Source: Bacillota bacterium
GTDB taxonomy: Bacteria > Bacillota > Clostridia > Peptostreptococcales > Anaerovoracaceae
Direction of reading: 5' to 3'
DNA length: 38,685 bases
Assembly (NCBI GenBank): GCA_029219125.1
Contig: JAQXSU010000136.1
Span: 1 to 38,685 of the forward strand
The first letter of the stretch is position 1, and every line of letters begins with the position of its first letter. Under the pieces are notes generated by a model, which did no database searches, was not told the DNA's origin, and saw only the letters and a list, made by a program, of their open reading frames with translations. The position numbers were made by a program, and so were the translations under genes. This document shows positions 16,131 through 25,099 of this stretch, piece by piece.

Positions 16131-17555
16131 TTACGCTTCCCCCTTTTCTTCCGTTTTTTCCTCTTCTGATGTCACATCTGCTGCGGTGCAGGTCTTCCCG
16201 GTCTCTGCATCCTGCAGATGGAGTTTTTTCTGCATGTGCTCATAGGTATGAAGCCAGGTGATCATGTAGATGTTGTCTGTTTCTGCTTTCTCAATCTCCG
16301 CAAAGATCGTGTCCACATCCTCCGTATCCGCAATGGAGATCAGGGACGGATCCACACCTTCATAAATCAGACGGTTGGCCGTATCATAGCAGACCCGTTC
16401 CGAGAAACAGAAGTATTTTTCCACATCTCCTGCCGCGAGCTCCGAAAAATCGCAGTCAAAGGCATAGAACGTGTTTGTATAATGCGGAATCATGTCCACC
16501 AGCGGACAAAGGCCCAGACATACCATCTTCCGTTCCTGATCCCCTGCCATAATGTTGATGCAGGTCTGAAGGGTTTCCGGATTTTCCTGCTTGATTCGCA
16601 TATATTTGATGGTCTTGTCCTTATATTTCAGGATTTCAAACCGTCCTCCCACGTTCCGGAAGGACGCGAAGGCTTCTGCTGCCTCCGCAGGCTCTATCCC
16701 TGCCAGTTCCTTTGCCACAGCCACGGCTGCCGCATAGTTATACAGCATGTACGGAATGTTGTAAGGCATCGGAAAGCTGACATCCTCAACGGTGAATGAT
16801 CTCTTCTCAAAATCCACATTCCGTACGGTATAATCTGCCTGCAGACTGCTCTGGTTGCCGCAGTGTGTGCAGTAGAACGGTCCCACACCATCATTGTTGT
16901 AATACTGGAAAACGATACTGTGATGACAGACAGGGCACGCCATGGTCGGAAAGCCCTCTTTTTTCCGGAAAGAATCCGAATGTTTCTCTACGCCGTAGGT
17001 GATTACTTTCGCATGTTCCATGCTGAAAGATTTGGCACGGGGTTCTTCATTGTTCAGGAACAGACGGATATCTTTTTTCAGAACCGGAGCCACCCTGCGG
17101 TAGATAAAGTCCGGGTCTCCGTTTCTCTGTACCTGATCCTTCTGCAGGTTGGTTACCAGGATGCTGGCTGCAGGCAGCTGACTGTGAATGATAGGCATGA
17201 AACGTTCGTCGGTTTCAAAGATATAATAGTCTGCCTTCACCTTTCCGGTAAGACTGGAAGCCTTCAGAAGGGCGGTTGCCACACCGGCAAGCAGATTCGC
17301 ACCCTCCAGGTTGGAAACAACCGTTTTCCCGTTTGCGCGAAGAATGTGGTTAATCAGATTGTTCGAGGTGGATTTACCGTTGGTTCCGGTAATGAACAGA
17401 ACTTTCTCCGGATCGATTCCTTTAAAATGGGCAACCATTTTCGGATCGATGCGAAGTGCCTTCTCTCCCGAAAAATTGGAGCCTCTGGTTTTATCGATGA
17501 TATTGATCAGAAAATTAAGAAATTTTCCGAACCACAGTGCAATTAAAAATCTCAT
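16131..17555 (-). CDS. MurT-like Mur ligase family protein (lipid II isoglutaminyl synthase ligase-subunit homologue)
   Basis: P-loop ITGTNGKST, FETDE, TNLQKDQVQRNGD, Cys4 ribbon CPVCHH...CTHCG and a DUF1727-like C-terminal domain. I prefer the ATG at 17555 (GGAGG 4 nt upstream, MRFLIALW...) over the TTG at 17582. It ends in an acidic Glu/Lys-rich tail. Confidence 0.75.
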   Translation of the reverse strand: MRFLIALWFGKFLNFLINIIDKTRGSNFSGEKALRIDPKMVAHFKGIDPEKVLFITGTNGKSTSNNLINHILRANGKTVVSNLEGANLLAGVATALLKASSLTGKVKADYYIFETDERFMPIIHSQLPAASILVTNLQKDQVQRNGDPDFIYRRVAPVLKKDIRLFLNNEEPRAKSFSMEHAKVITYGVEKHSDSFRKKEGFPTMACPVCHHSIVFQYYNNDGVGPFYCTHCGNQSSLQADYTVRNVDFEKRSFTVEDVSFPMPYNIPYMLYNYAAAVAVAKELAGIEPAEAAEAFASFRNVGGRFEILKYKDKTIKYMRIKQENPETLQTCINIMAGDQERKMVCLGLCPLVDMIPHYTNTFYAFDCDFSELAAGDVEKYFCFSERVCYDTANRLIYEGVDPSLISIADTEDVDTIFAEIEKAETDNIYMITWLHTYEHMQKKLHLQDAETGKTCTAADVTSEEEKTEEKGEA

Positions 17556-17600
17556 AATGCCTCCATTGATATGTTTTTTCAAACGATACCATACATTTTA

Positions 17601-19010
17601 TCATACTTTTCCCTTCAATGCCATAAAAATTCCAAGTATACAGAGGCCGGAAAACAAAAAGAACGCCAGGTGCATAATCTGAAGTAAGACAGACGGATCA
17701 GCCTGCGATAAGCTGCCCCGGCCCAGAAACAGGCTGGTGAGCATTGTGACCACAGCCATGGACGCTGTATGTCCGGCAGACCGCATGGTTGCAAGAACTG
17801 CAGATGCCATACCTGCTGCGTCTTTTCCTGCTGCGGACATGGCAGCACAGGTATTCGGGGATGCAAACAGTGCACACCCTGCACCGGCGGCGGCCAGCAG
17901 TCCTGCCACGATCCAGATGGAGGTATCTTCCTGCAGGAATCCGAAGGCTGCCAGTACAGCTGCTGTCACGGCCATACCCAATGCAGAAAGATTACCCGGA
18001 CTGCGTCGGTCCGAAAGACGTCCCGTGACAAGTGACAATATGGTCTGTACCACAGGTGCTGCAATGAGAATCATCCCTGCCCTTCTGCTGCTGCAGCCTG
18101 CAAGCAGCTGCAAATACAGGGAAAGCAGATAATTCATGGCGAAAATGGATCCGTAATTGAAAAAGCCCGCCATGCCTGTCCAAAGAAAGGCGTTCTGATT
18201 ACGAAACATGCCGAAATCCAGTAATGGAGCATTGCTGTAATGCCTTCCTTTTTTTCGAGAAAGAAGGAACGCCATACATCCGGCACCTGCCAGAAGTGCC
18301 CCTATCCCCCATGGAGATTTCGCTGCAGAAGAAAGACCCCACATGATTCCCGAAATACCGAAAATATAGAGACAGCAGTCATCCCCGGGTGGATATGTTT
18401 TGCGAAGAAATCCCGTCTTCTTTTTCGAAGGCAGCTTTTTCACAGCAATGAAAAATGCCGCCGCAGACACCGCTGCCGCAGCAAGAAATACAGACCGCCA
18501 CCCAAATCCGTCGTTCAGCAGGCCGCCGGCTGCCGGACCCGCAGAAAGACCCAGATAGTTTGCTGCAGTGGTATAACCCAGAAGCTTTCCCCGCTCAGCT
18601 TCCCCGGCTGCGGCGGATACCATGGCTACATTTGTACTGAAGATCATGGATGCACCCACGCCCTGGATCAGCCGAAAGACCAGCAGGCTCGGAAGGCTTC
18701 GGGAAAAGACTGCGAGAATGGATCCGGCACAAAACAGGAAAATACCTGATGTAAAGATTCTTTTCCGGTCTGCTGTATCTGCCACCCGTCCGAAAGGAAC
18801 AGCCAGAGCTGTGCATGCAAGCATATAGACGGTCACCGTCCATCCCACCTGAGAAGCGCTTGCGTGAAATTCCTCACCGATGGATGGAACAGACAGATTC
18901 AGAGCGCTTCCCATGAAGGTGGTGATGAAGGCTGTCACAACTGACACCAGGACCGTATTCGTTTTTTCGGCCGTGCATTCCTCTGCCGGCCCGCACAATG
19001 TTTTTCTCAT
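17601..19010 (-). CDS. MFS transporter, DHA2 (EmrB/QacA-like, 14-TMS) drug/metabolite exporter family
   Basis: 469 aa, about 14 hydrophobic segments. MFS motif region LAVPFGRVADTADRKRIF and LIQGVGASMIF. Confidence 0.8.
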   Translation of the reverse strand: MRKTLCGPAEECTAEKTNTVLVSVVTAFITTFMGSALNLSVPSIGEEFHASASQVGWTVTVYMLACTALAVPFGRVADTADRKRIFTSGIFLFCAGSILAVFSRSLPSLLVFRLIQGVGASMIFSTNVAMVSAAAGEAERGKLLGYTTAANYLGLSAGPAAGGLLNDGFGWRSVFLAAAAVSAAAFFIAVKKLPSKKKTGFLRKTYPPGDDCCLYIFGISGIMWGLSSAAKSPWGIGALLAGAGCMAFLLSRKKGRHYSNAPLLDFGMFRNQNAFLWTGMAGFFNYGSIFAMNYLLSLYLQLLAGCSSRRAGMILIAAPVVQTILSLVTGRLSDRRSPGNLSALGMAVTAAVLAAFGFLQEDTSIWIVAGLLAAAGAGCALFASPNTCAAMSAAGKDAAGMASAVLATMRSAGHTASMAVVTMLTSLFLGRGSLSQADPSVLLQIMHLAFFLFSGLCILGIFMALKGKV

Positions 19011-19060
19011 ACCTGTAGTATGTACAGAATGAATCGTATCGATACCGGAAGCATTGAGAA

Positions 19061-20542
19061 TCAGAGAATGATGCAGATGAAATAATCTTTTCCTTCGTCG
19101 CTGATGCGCTGCAGAGATCGCTGTACTTTCTCCCGCAGCGGAATGGGAACATTGTTTACTTTGCTTTCCATCTGTTCAGTAACCATTTCTTTCAGAGATT
19201 TTCCAAAGAGATTGGTTTCCCAGATGTCCTCTTCCTCGTTTCCAAATTGCTCGATCAGATAACCTGCCAGGTCCTCCGACTGACTCTCCGTTCCGACCAC
19301 CGGCGATACTTCGGTAGATATTGTGGTTCTTATGATATGAAAACATGGTGCTTTGGCAGTCATTCGAACACCGTATTTATTGCCCTGGCGGAAAACTTCC
19401 GGTTTTTCAAGCACCATATCTGACAGTCTCGGTGCTACAATTCCGTAGTCTTCGGCTTCTGCCTGTTCCAGTGCTCCCCGGATATTATCAAAGGCCATCT
19501 TGGCGCCGGCATATTCCCGAAGAAGCAGGAACATCTGACTGTCGTTTTCTACCGGTGCGCCCATGATTTCTTCCACTACCTTGTAGTACAGGCTGCTGTC
19601 AAGCACCGGCTCCAGTTCTACAATCCCCTCGCCCATATCTGCACGTACGATGCGGACTTCTTTTATGATCTTTCCATCGGCGATCATGGTGCAGGTTTCC
19701 ATGATATCACCGATGGTTTCAAAATGCTTCAGCCAGCTGCGCACACTCTCTATGATGCTTTCCTTGATCCAGTGACTTCCCGGAAGCGCATCCAGGAAGC
19801 CCGGAAGCCGAAAGTCCACTTCACAGGCCGGGAACTGGTACACAAGCTTTTGGAAGATTTTATCAAATCCTTCTTCATTCAGCTTTTGGCAGTTGACAGG
19901 CATGACTGGCACGCCATACCTGGTTTCCAGTTCTTCGGCAAGTTCCCTGGCAGATGCGGACTGTGGTTCAGTGGAATTCAGCACCACCACAAACGGTTTG
20001 TGTAAATTTTTCAGCTGCTGAACGGTCCGTTCCTCTGCTTCGATGTAGTTTTTTCTCGGAATCTCACCGATGGTTCCGTCGGTGGTCACCACGATACCTA
20101 CGACGGAATGATCTGTAATCACTTTTTCTGTTCCCATTTCAGCTGCCATACTGAATGGTATCTTTTCCTCGGACCACGGTGTGGCTACCATCCGCTCTTT
20201 TCCTTCTTCTTCATGTCCCAGTACACCGGGAATCAGATAACCGACACAATCAACAAGCCGAACAGAAAACACTGCACCGCTCCGGGTCGATACGCTGACC
20301 GCTTCCGGAGGAATAAACTTTGGCTCGGTGGTGGTAATGGTTTTTCCCTCTCCGCTCTGGGGCATCTCATCCATCACTCTGTTTTTTTCGTACGGATTGG
20401 TCATGTTCGGAAAGACCATCACGTCCATAAACCGGCGAATCAGCGTTGATTTTCCCGTCCTGACCGGTCCCACCACGCCGATATAGATATTCCCGTCAGC
20501 ACGCCGGCTGATATCCTGATAAATGCTTGTATTTGTTGTCAT
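19061..20542 (-). CDS. spoIVA: Stage IV sporulation protein A (spore coat morphogenetic ATPase)
   Basis: IYQDISRRADGNIYIGVVGPVRTGKSTLIRRFMD...MPQSGEGKTITTTEPKF closely parallels the Bacillus SpoIVA N-terminus, including the Walker A. The ATG at 20542 has GGAGGG 6 nt upstream. Confidence 0.9.
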   Translation of the reverse strand: MTTNTSIYQDISRRADGNIYIGVVGPVRTGKSTLIRRFMDVMVFPNMTNPYEKNRVMDEMPQSGEGKTITTTEPKFIPPEAVSVSTRSGAVFSVRLVDCVGYLIPGVLGHEEEGKERMVATPWSEEKIPFSMAAEMGTEKVITDHSVVGIVVTTDGTIGEIPRKNYIEAEERTVQQLKNLHKPFVVVLNSTEPQSASARELAEELETRYGVPVMPVNCQKLNEEGFDKIFQKLVYQFPACEVDFRLPGFLDALPGSHWIKESIIESVRSWLKHFETIGDIMETCTMIADGKIIKEVRIVRADMGEGIVELEPVLDSSLYYKVVEEIMGAPVENDSQMFLLLREYAGAKMAFDNIRGALEQAEAEDYGIVAPRLSDMVLEKPEVFRQGNKYGVRMTAKAPCFHIIRTTISTEVSPVVGTESQSEDLAGYLIEQFGNEEEDIWETNLFGKSLKEMVTEQMESKVNNVPIPLREKVQRSLQRISDEGKDYFICIIL

Positions 20543-20575
20543 AGTATCCCTCCGTGAAACCACTCTTTATTCCAA

Positions 20576-20603
20576 ATATATGTGGCATCCCATGGATTAT
20601 GAC
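20576..20603 (-). promoter_or_regulatory. Sigma-E-type (mother-cell) promoter for spoIVA
   Basis: On the minus strand TCATAAT (20603-20597), a 13-nt spacer, then CATATATT (20583-20576). The Bacillus sigma-E consensus as I recall it is kmATAtt, about 14 nt, then CATAcAhT. It lies about 35 nt upstream of the ATG. Confidence 0.5.
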
Positions 20604-20628
20604 AGAAAGCATCCTGCCGAAAGGCATG

Positions 20629-20656
20629 AAAAAACCGGGCTCGTTGAGCCCGGTTT
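20629..20656 (-). terminator. Rho-independent terminator after the Na/Pi symporter gene
   Basis: On the minus strand AAACCGGGCTC-aac-GAGCCCGGTTTTTTC. The stem is strong and GC-rich and a T-run follows. Confidence 0.85.
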
Positions 20657-20676
20657 ATACCTCTGCTATGCTTGTT

Positions 20677-22473
20677 CTATGGTTCTATATTTTCAAGACG
20701 CTTCAGGTACTGTTCTCTCTGGCGCAGCAGTTCTGCATCGTAGGTCACATCGCCGCCCTTATGGAGTTCGCGGACATAACCGTGATGGTTGCCCAGAATG
20801 GACTTATCCTTGTGGCTGAGGATCAGCAGTGCGATATTGGAGCACTGGTCCGCAATACGTTCCAGATTGGTCAGCAGTTCGATAAACATCATGCCGCTGG
20901 TAGTACTGCAGTTTCCGGCTTTCAGACGCTCAATATGACGGTCTTTCAGCGTTACGACCATATCATCGATGACTTCTTCCAGCGGCTCGATCCGCTTCGC
21001 TTCCTCGTAGGACATGGCGCCGAAGGCGTTCACCGTAATATCTGTGATTTCCAGTACCGCATCCCGGACCACCTTCAGCTCTTCCTGGGCTTCCGGCGTG
21101 AAGGTAATCTTTTCGTCCTCAATGGTCTGCGCTGCTTCCATGATATTGACAGCATGGTCGCCGATTCGCTCGAAATTGGTGCTGCCCTGCATCAGGATGT
21201 TGATATACTGGTTATCACTGTCCGTTTCCACATATTTGGACAGATTTACCAGATAGGTGTCCATCTGGTCTGTAAACTGGTCCAGATTGTCCTCGTTTTC
21301 GTTAATCACATCAACTCTGCCCGGGTCAAACCGCATCAGCAGAATACAGCTTCTCTTCAGATTCTTCAGTGCTACTTCGCCCATGTGACCGATGGCTTTA
21401 TTGGATTCGCCGAGGGCCATGGCAGGCACTTCGTACAGCTTGGTATCCGGCACTCTAAGGTCAGCTCTGTCTTCCGCATCCTGCGGCTCCGGCTTCACGA
21501 TGGCCAGAGACAGTTTCACAAGTGCACCCGCAAACGGAATCAGTGCCACTGCAGTCAGCAGATTGAACAGGGTCTGGAAGTTTGCAATTCCGCCGCTGTC
21601 TACCACACTGCCCCAGAGGTTCGGGAAACCACCCATCGTCTTAATCAGAGACATGACGATCATGAATGCAATGGTACCGATTACATTGAAGGCAATATGC
21701 ACGATACCGGTTCTTTTCGCATCTTTTGAAGACCCGATGGAGCAGACCATGGCGGTGGTCACACAGGTTCCCAGATTGATACCCATGATCATCGGATAGA
21801 CCAGGTTGAATGTCATGGCTCCCGTCACAGACAGTGCCTGAATCATACCGACCATGGCAGAGGAACTCTGTACGATAACGGTCATCACCAGACCCACCAG
21901 CAGTGCCAGAATCGGCTGGTCGCCGAACTGCTGCATGAGATCCAGGAACTCCGGAGATTCTGAAAGAGGTTCCACTGCAGCGGTCATGTTCATCAGACCG
22001 GAGAACAGAATACCGAAACCCATACAGATTTCACCCGGCGTATTGCTCTTCGAGGATTTGACAAACATGATCAGAATGATGCCTGCGATCATGGCCACCG
22101 GTGCCAGTGTGGAAGGCTTGAAAAACTCCAGAATCATACTGCTGCTGGAATCGATGTCCATCAGACGGATGATCTGTGCAGTTACCGTCGTTCCGATATT
22201 GGCACCCATAACAATGCTGGTCGCCTGCTTCAGGTTGAGAATCCCGGCACTGATCAGACCTACTGTAAGTACGATGGTCGCCGTGGAGCTTTGAATGACG
22301 GCTGTTACCAGCATACCGGTTATCACACCGAATACAATGTTCTGGGTGGCTTTTCCCAGAACGGTTTTCAGGGCGGAGCCTGATGCGTTTTTCAGTCCGT
22401 CTCCCATGACTTCCATGCCGTACAGGAACATGGCCAGTCCACCCAGCAGGGTGATGACAGAAAAAATGTCCAT
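20677..22473 (-). CDS. Na+/phosphate cotransporter family protein with C-terminal PhoU-like domains
   Basis: 598 aa. N-terminus MDIFSVITLLGGLAMFLYGMEVMGDGL, duplicated Na/Pi cotransporter repeats (QSSTATIV and QSSSAMVG) and a helical PhoU-like C-terminal half. Confidence 0.85.
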   Translation of the reverse strand: MDIFSVITLLGGLAMFLYGMEVMGDGLKNASGSALKTVLGKATQNIVFGVITGMLVTAVIQSSTATIVLTVGLISAGILNLKQATSIVMGANIGTTVTAQIIRLMDIDSSSSMILEFFKPSTLAPVAMIAGIILIMFVKSSKSNTPGEICMGFGILFSGLMNMTAAVEPLSESPEFLDLMQQFGDQPILALLVGLVMTVIVQSSSAMVGMIQALSVTGAMTFNLVYPMIMGINLGTCVTTAMVCSIGSSKDAKRTGIVHIAFNVIGTIAFMIVMSLIKTMGGFPNLWGSVVDSGGIANFQTLFNLLTAVALIPFAGALVKLSLAIVKPEPQDAEDRADLRVPDTKLYEVPAMALGESNKAIGHMGEVALKNLKRSCILLMRFDPGRVDVINENEDNLDQFTDQMDTYLVNLSKYVETDSDNQYINILMQGSTNFERIGDHAVNIMEAAQTIEDEKITFTPEAQEELKVVRDAVLEITDITVNAFGAMSYEEAKRIEPLEEVIDDMVVTLKDRHIERLKAGNCSTTSGMMFIELLTNLERIADQCSNIALLILSHKDKSILGNHHGYVRELHKGGDVTYDAELLRQREQYLKRLENIEP

Positions 22474-22510
22474 TTTCTACTTCCTTTCTTCCCTTTCGCA
22501 CCATTGGCGA

Positions 22511-23851
22511 TTATTCTTCCAGCCCGGCAACCTCGCCGACAAGGCTGAATGTATTTGATTCCGTGATTCTGACCTTCACAAGCTTTCCTGTCATGTCCGG
22601 CGTTCCACGGAAGTTGACCAGTTTGAAGGACTCTGTCCGGCCGCTGAAGATTTTTCCGCCGGTCTTGCCCGGCCCTTCCACCAGCACCGTTTCAGTACGT
22701 CCCACATATTCTGCATTTTTTTCAGCAGAGATCCGGTTGATCACTTCCACCAGACGATTAAACCTGGCATGTTTCACATCTTCCGGAATCTGGTCTTCAT
22801 ATTTTTCTGCCGGTGTGCCCTTCCGCACGGAATACAGGAAGGTGAATGCCGAATCATACCGTACTTCTTCACAGAGGGTCAGGGTTTCCTCAAATTCTTC
22901 CTCGGTTTCCCCCGGGAAACCCACGATGATATCGGTACTGATAGCAATATCCGGTACCGCCTTTCTCAGTTTTTCCACAAGCTTCAGGTAATCTTCTCTC
23001 GTATATCTGCGGTTCATCTCTTTCAGAACGCGGCTGGAGCCGGCCTGCACCGGCAGATGAATATATTTTCCCAGCTTCGGGCAGTCTGCGAAGGCCTGAA
23101 TCAGCTTGTCCGAGAGATCCTTCGGATGACTGGTCATGAACCGGATTCGTTCCAGTCCATCCACTTCCTGCAGCTGATACAGCAGGTCTGTGAAGTCTGT
23201 GATAACGCCATCATCGTTCTGCCCACGGTAAGAGTTAACATTCTGTCCCAGCAGCATGACTTCCCGTACTCCGTCTTCCACCAGGCTGCGGATTTCCCGG
23301 AGAATATCTTCCGGTTTCCGGCTTTTTTCCCGTCCTCTTGTATATGGAACGATGCAATAGGTGCAGAAATTGTTGCACCCATACATGATGTTGACGAATG
23401 CCTTATGCTGATACAGACGTTTGGAAGGCAGCCCCTCCACGATCTCCTCCCGATCCGGAAGGATCTCCAGCTGCTTTTCCTTCTCCCGGTACAGATTATC
23501 CAGAAGCTCCGGAAGCTGATGGAGATTATGCGTGCCAAAAATCACGTCAACCCACGGGTACTTTGCCTTCAGCGTATCGATGATATGCTGCTGCTGCATC
23601 ATGCATCCGCAGACGCAGACCGTAAAGTTTTCGCCCTGCTCCATCTTCTTTTTTTTCAGCTGTCCCAGTGTGCCGAAAAATCGTTTATCCGCATTTTCCC
23701 GCACACTGCAGGTATTGAAAATGACGATGTTCGCATCTTTTCTCTCCTTCGCCTGTACATATCCCCGCTCCAGCAACATTCCCGCCAGCGTCTCCGAGTC
23801 ATGCTCGTTCATCTGACAGCCGAAGGTTGTAATATGAAATGATTTTTCCAA
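22511..23851 (-). CDS. miaB: tRNA-2-methylthio-N6-dimethylallyladenosine synthase (radical SAM methylthiotransferase)
   Basis: N-terminal FGCQMNEHDS, radical-SAM motif CNNFCTYCIVPYTRG and a C-terminal TRAM domain. 446 aa. Confidence 0.9.
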   Translation of the reverse strand: MEKSFHITTFGCQMNEHDSETLAGMLLERGYVQAKERKDANIVIFNTCSVRENADKRFFGTLGQLKKKKMEQGENFTVCVCGCMMQQQHIIDTLKAKYPWVDVIFGTHNLHQLPELLDNLYREKEKQLEILPDREEIVEGLPSKRLYQHKAFVNIMYGCNNFCTYCIVPYTRGREKSRKPEDILREIRSLVEDGVREVMLLGQNVNSYRGQNDDGVITDFTDLLYQLQEVDGLERIRFMTSHPKDLSDKLIQAFADCPKLGKYIHLPVQAGSSRVLKEMNRRYTREDYLKLVEKLRKAVPDIAISTDIIVGFPGETEEEFEETLTLCEEVRYDSAFTFLYSVRKGTPAEKYEDQIPEDVKHARFNRLVEVINRISAEKNAEYVGRTETVLVEGPGKTGGKIFSGRTESFKLVNFRGTPDMTGKLVKVRITESNTFSLVGEVAGLEE

Positions 23852-23867
23852 GTATCGATTCTCCTGT

Positions 23868-25067
23868 CTATTCCTGCCAGGCTTTTTTCGCCTGTTCGAA
23901 TTCCTTTTTTATTTTTTCCAGAAGCTCCGGTTCAGTCAGAACTTCCAGCCCGGTTAGTGCCAGCGCCTTGGCCCCCAGTTCCAGCACCCGGTCTCCGTCC
24001 GGCGTGATGGTCGCCTCGGCGAATTCTCTGGAATGGAGACTCAGCTGCGGACAGTTCATCCCGATCCATGGATGAATAGCAGGAACCACATGACTCACAT
24101 CTCCCATATCCGTGGACCCGCCGCTTTTTCCTTTGGGCATGATGCCGCCTCCCAGAGCCTCATAATGCCGGTTAAACACATCAGACAAGGTATCATTGGT
24201 CACCATATCCATGTTTCCCGGTTCGTTATTCCAGATCTCATAGGTTGCACCTACAGCACCTGCTGCCGCTGCGGCACATCGCTCAAACATACTCCGAATC
24301 TTTCGGATATCTGTCACAGAATCAGCCCGAACGATATATTTCAGTGAAGCGTGATCCGGAATCACGCTGCATTTTTCTCCGCCGTCCACGAAAACGCCGT
24401 AAATATTTGTATCCTTCAGATACTGTTTTTCAAATCCGATCAGGGTATAGAAATGAACCGCTGCATCCAGTGCATTGATGCCTTCCTCCGGATGGGCACC
24501 GGCATGGGACGATTTTCCGTAGAATTCCACCTGCCAGGCATCCAGTGCCGTGGTTTTTCCGCTGGACAGGTTCACCGGATTTGGATGAACGGTCATGGCC
24601 ACATCCACTTCGTCGAAGGCCCCTTCCTGGCTGAGCTGAACCTTGCTCACAAAGCATTCCTCTGCCGGTGTGCCGTAAAGAACCACGCGGCCGCCGGTTT
24701 CCATTACCGCCTCTTTCAGCGCCAGAGCCGCACCCAGCGGTGCAGCGGCGATGATATCATGGCCGCACCCGTGGCCGATCTCCGGCAGTGCGTCGTACTC
24801 TGCCGTCAGGCCAATGGACGGGCCCGGTTTCCCGCTGTCGAACACAGCGCGGAAACAGTACGGGATCTTATGGAATGTGCCGTCTACTTGAAATCCATGT
24901 TTCTTCAATGTATCCTCCAGCAGTGCGGATGCCTTCGCCTCTGTACCGCCCACTTCCGGATTTTCATACAGATAATCCCGGATTTTTTTCAGCTCCGGCA
25001 GATGCATTTCTACCGTTTCCAGCATTCTGCTTCTCAGATCCTCTTTCAAAGTCCATTCTCCTTCCAT
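23868..25067 (-). CDS. M20D family amidohydrolase (AbgB/PM20D2-like)
   Basis: YDALPEIGHGCGHDIIAA, GTPAEE and SSHAGAHPEEGINALDA are typical of M20D aminoacylase/amidohydrolases. Confidence 0.8.
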   Translation of the reverse strand: MEGEWTLKEDLRSRMLETVEMHLPELKKIRDYLYENPEVGGTEAKASALLEDTLKKHGFQVDGTFHKIPYCFRAVFDSGKPGPSIGLTAEYDALPEIGHGCGHDIIAAAPLGAALALKEAVMETGGRVVLYGTPAEECFVSKVQLSQEGAFDEVDVAMTVHPNPVNLSSGKTTALDAWQVEFYGKSSHAGAHPEEGINALDAAVHFYTLIGFEKQYLKDTNIYGVFVDGGEKCSVIPDHASLKYIVRADSVTDIRKIRSMFERCAAAAAGAVGATYEIWNNEPGNMDMVTNDTLSDVFNRHYEALGGGIMPKGKSGGSTDMGDVSHVVPAIHPWIGMNCPQLSLHSREFAEATITPDGDRVLELGAKALALTGLEVLTEPELLEKIKKEFEQAKKAWQE

Positions 25068-25099
25068 TCAGACAGTTCTGTATTCAGGCATTCCTGTAA

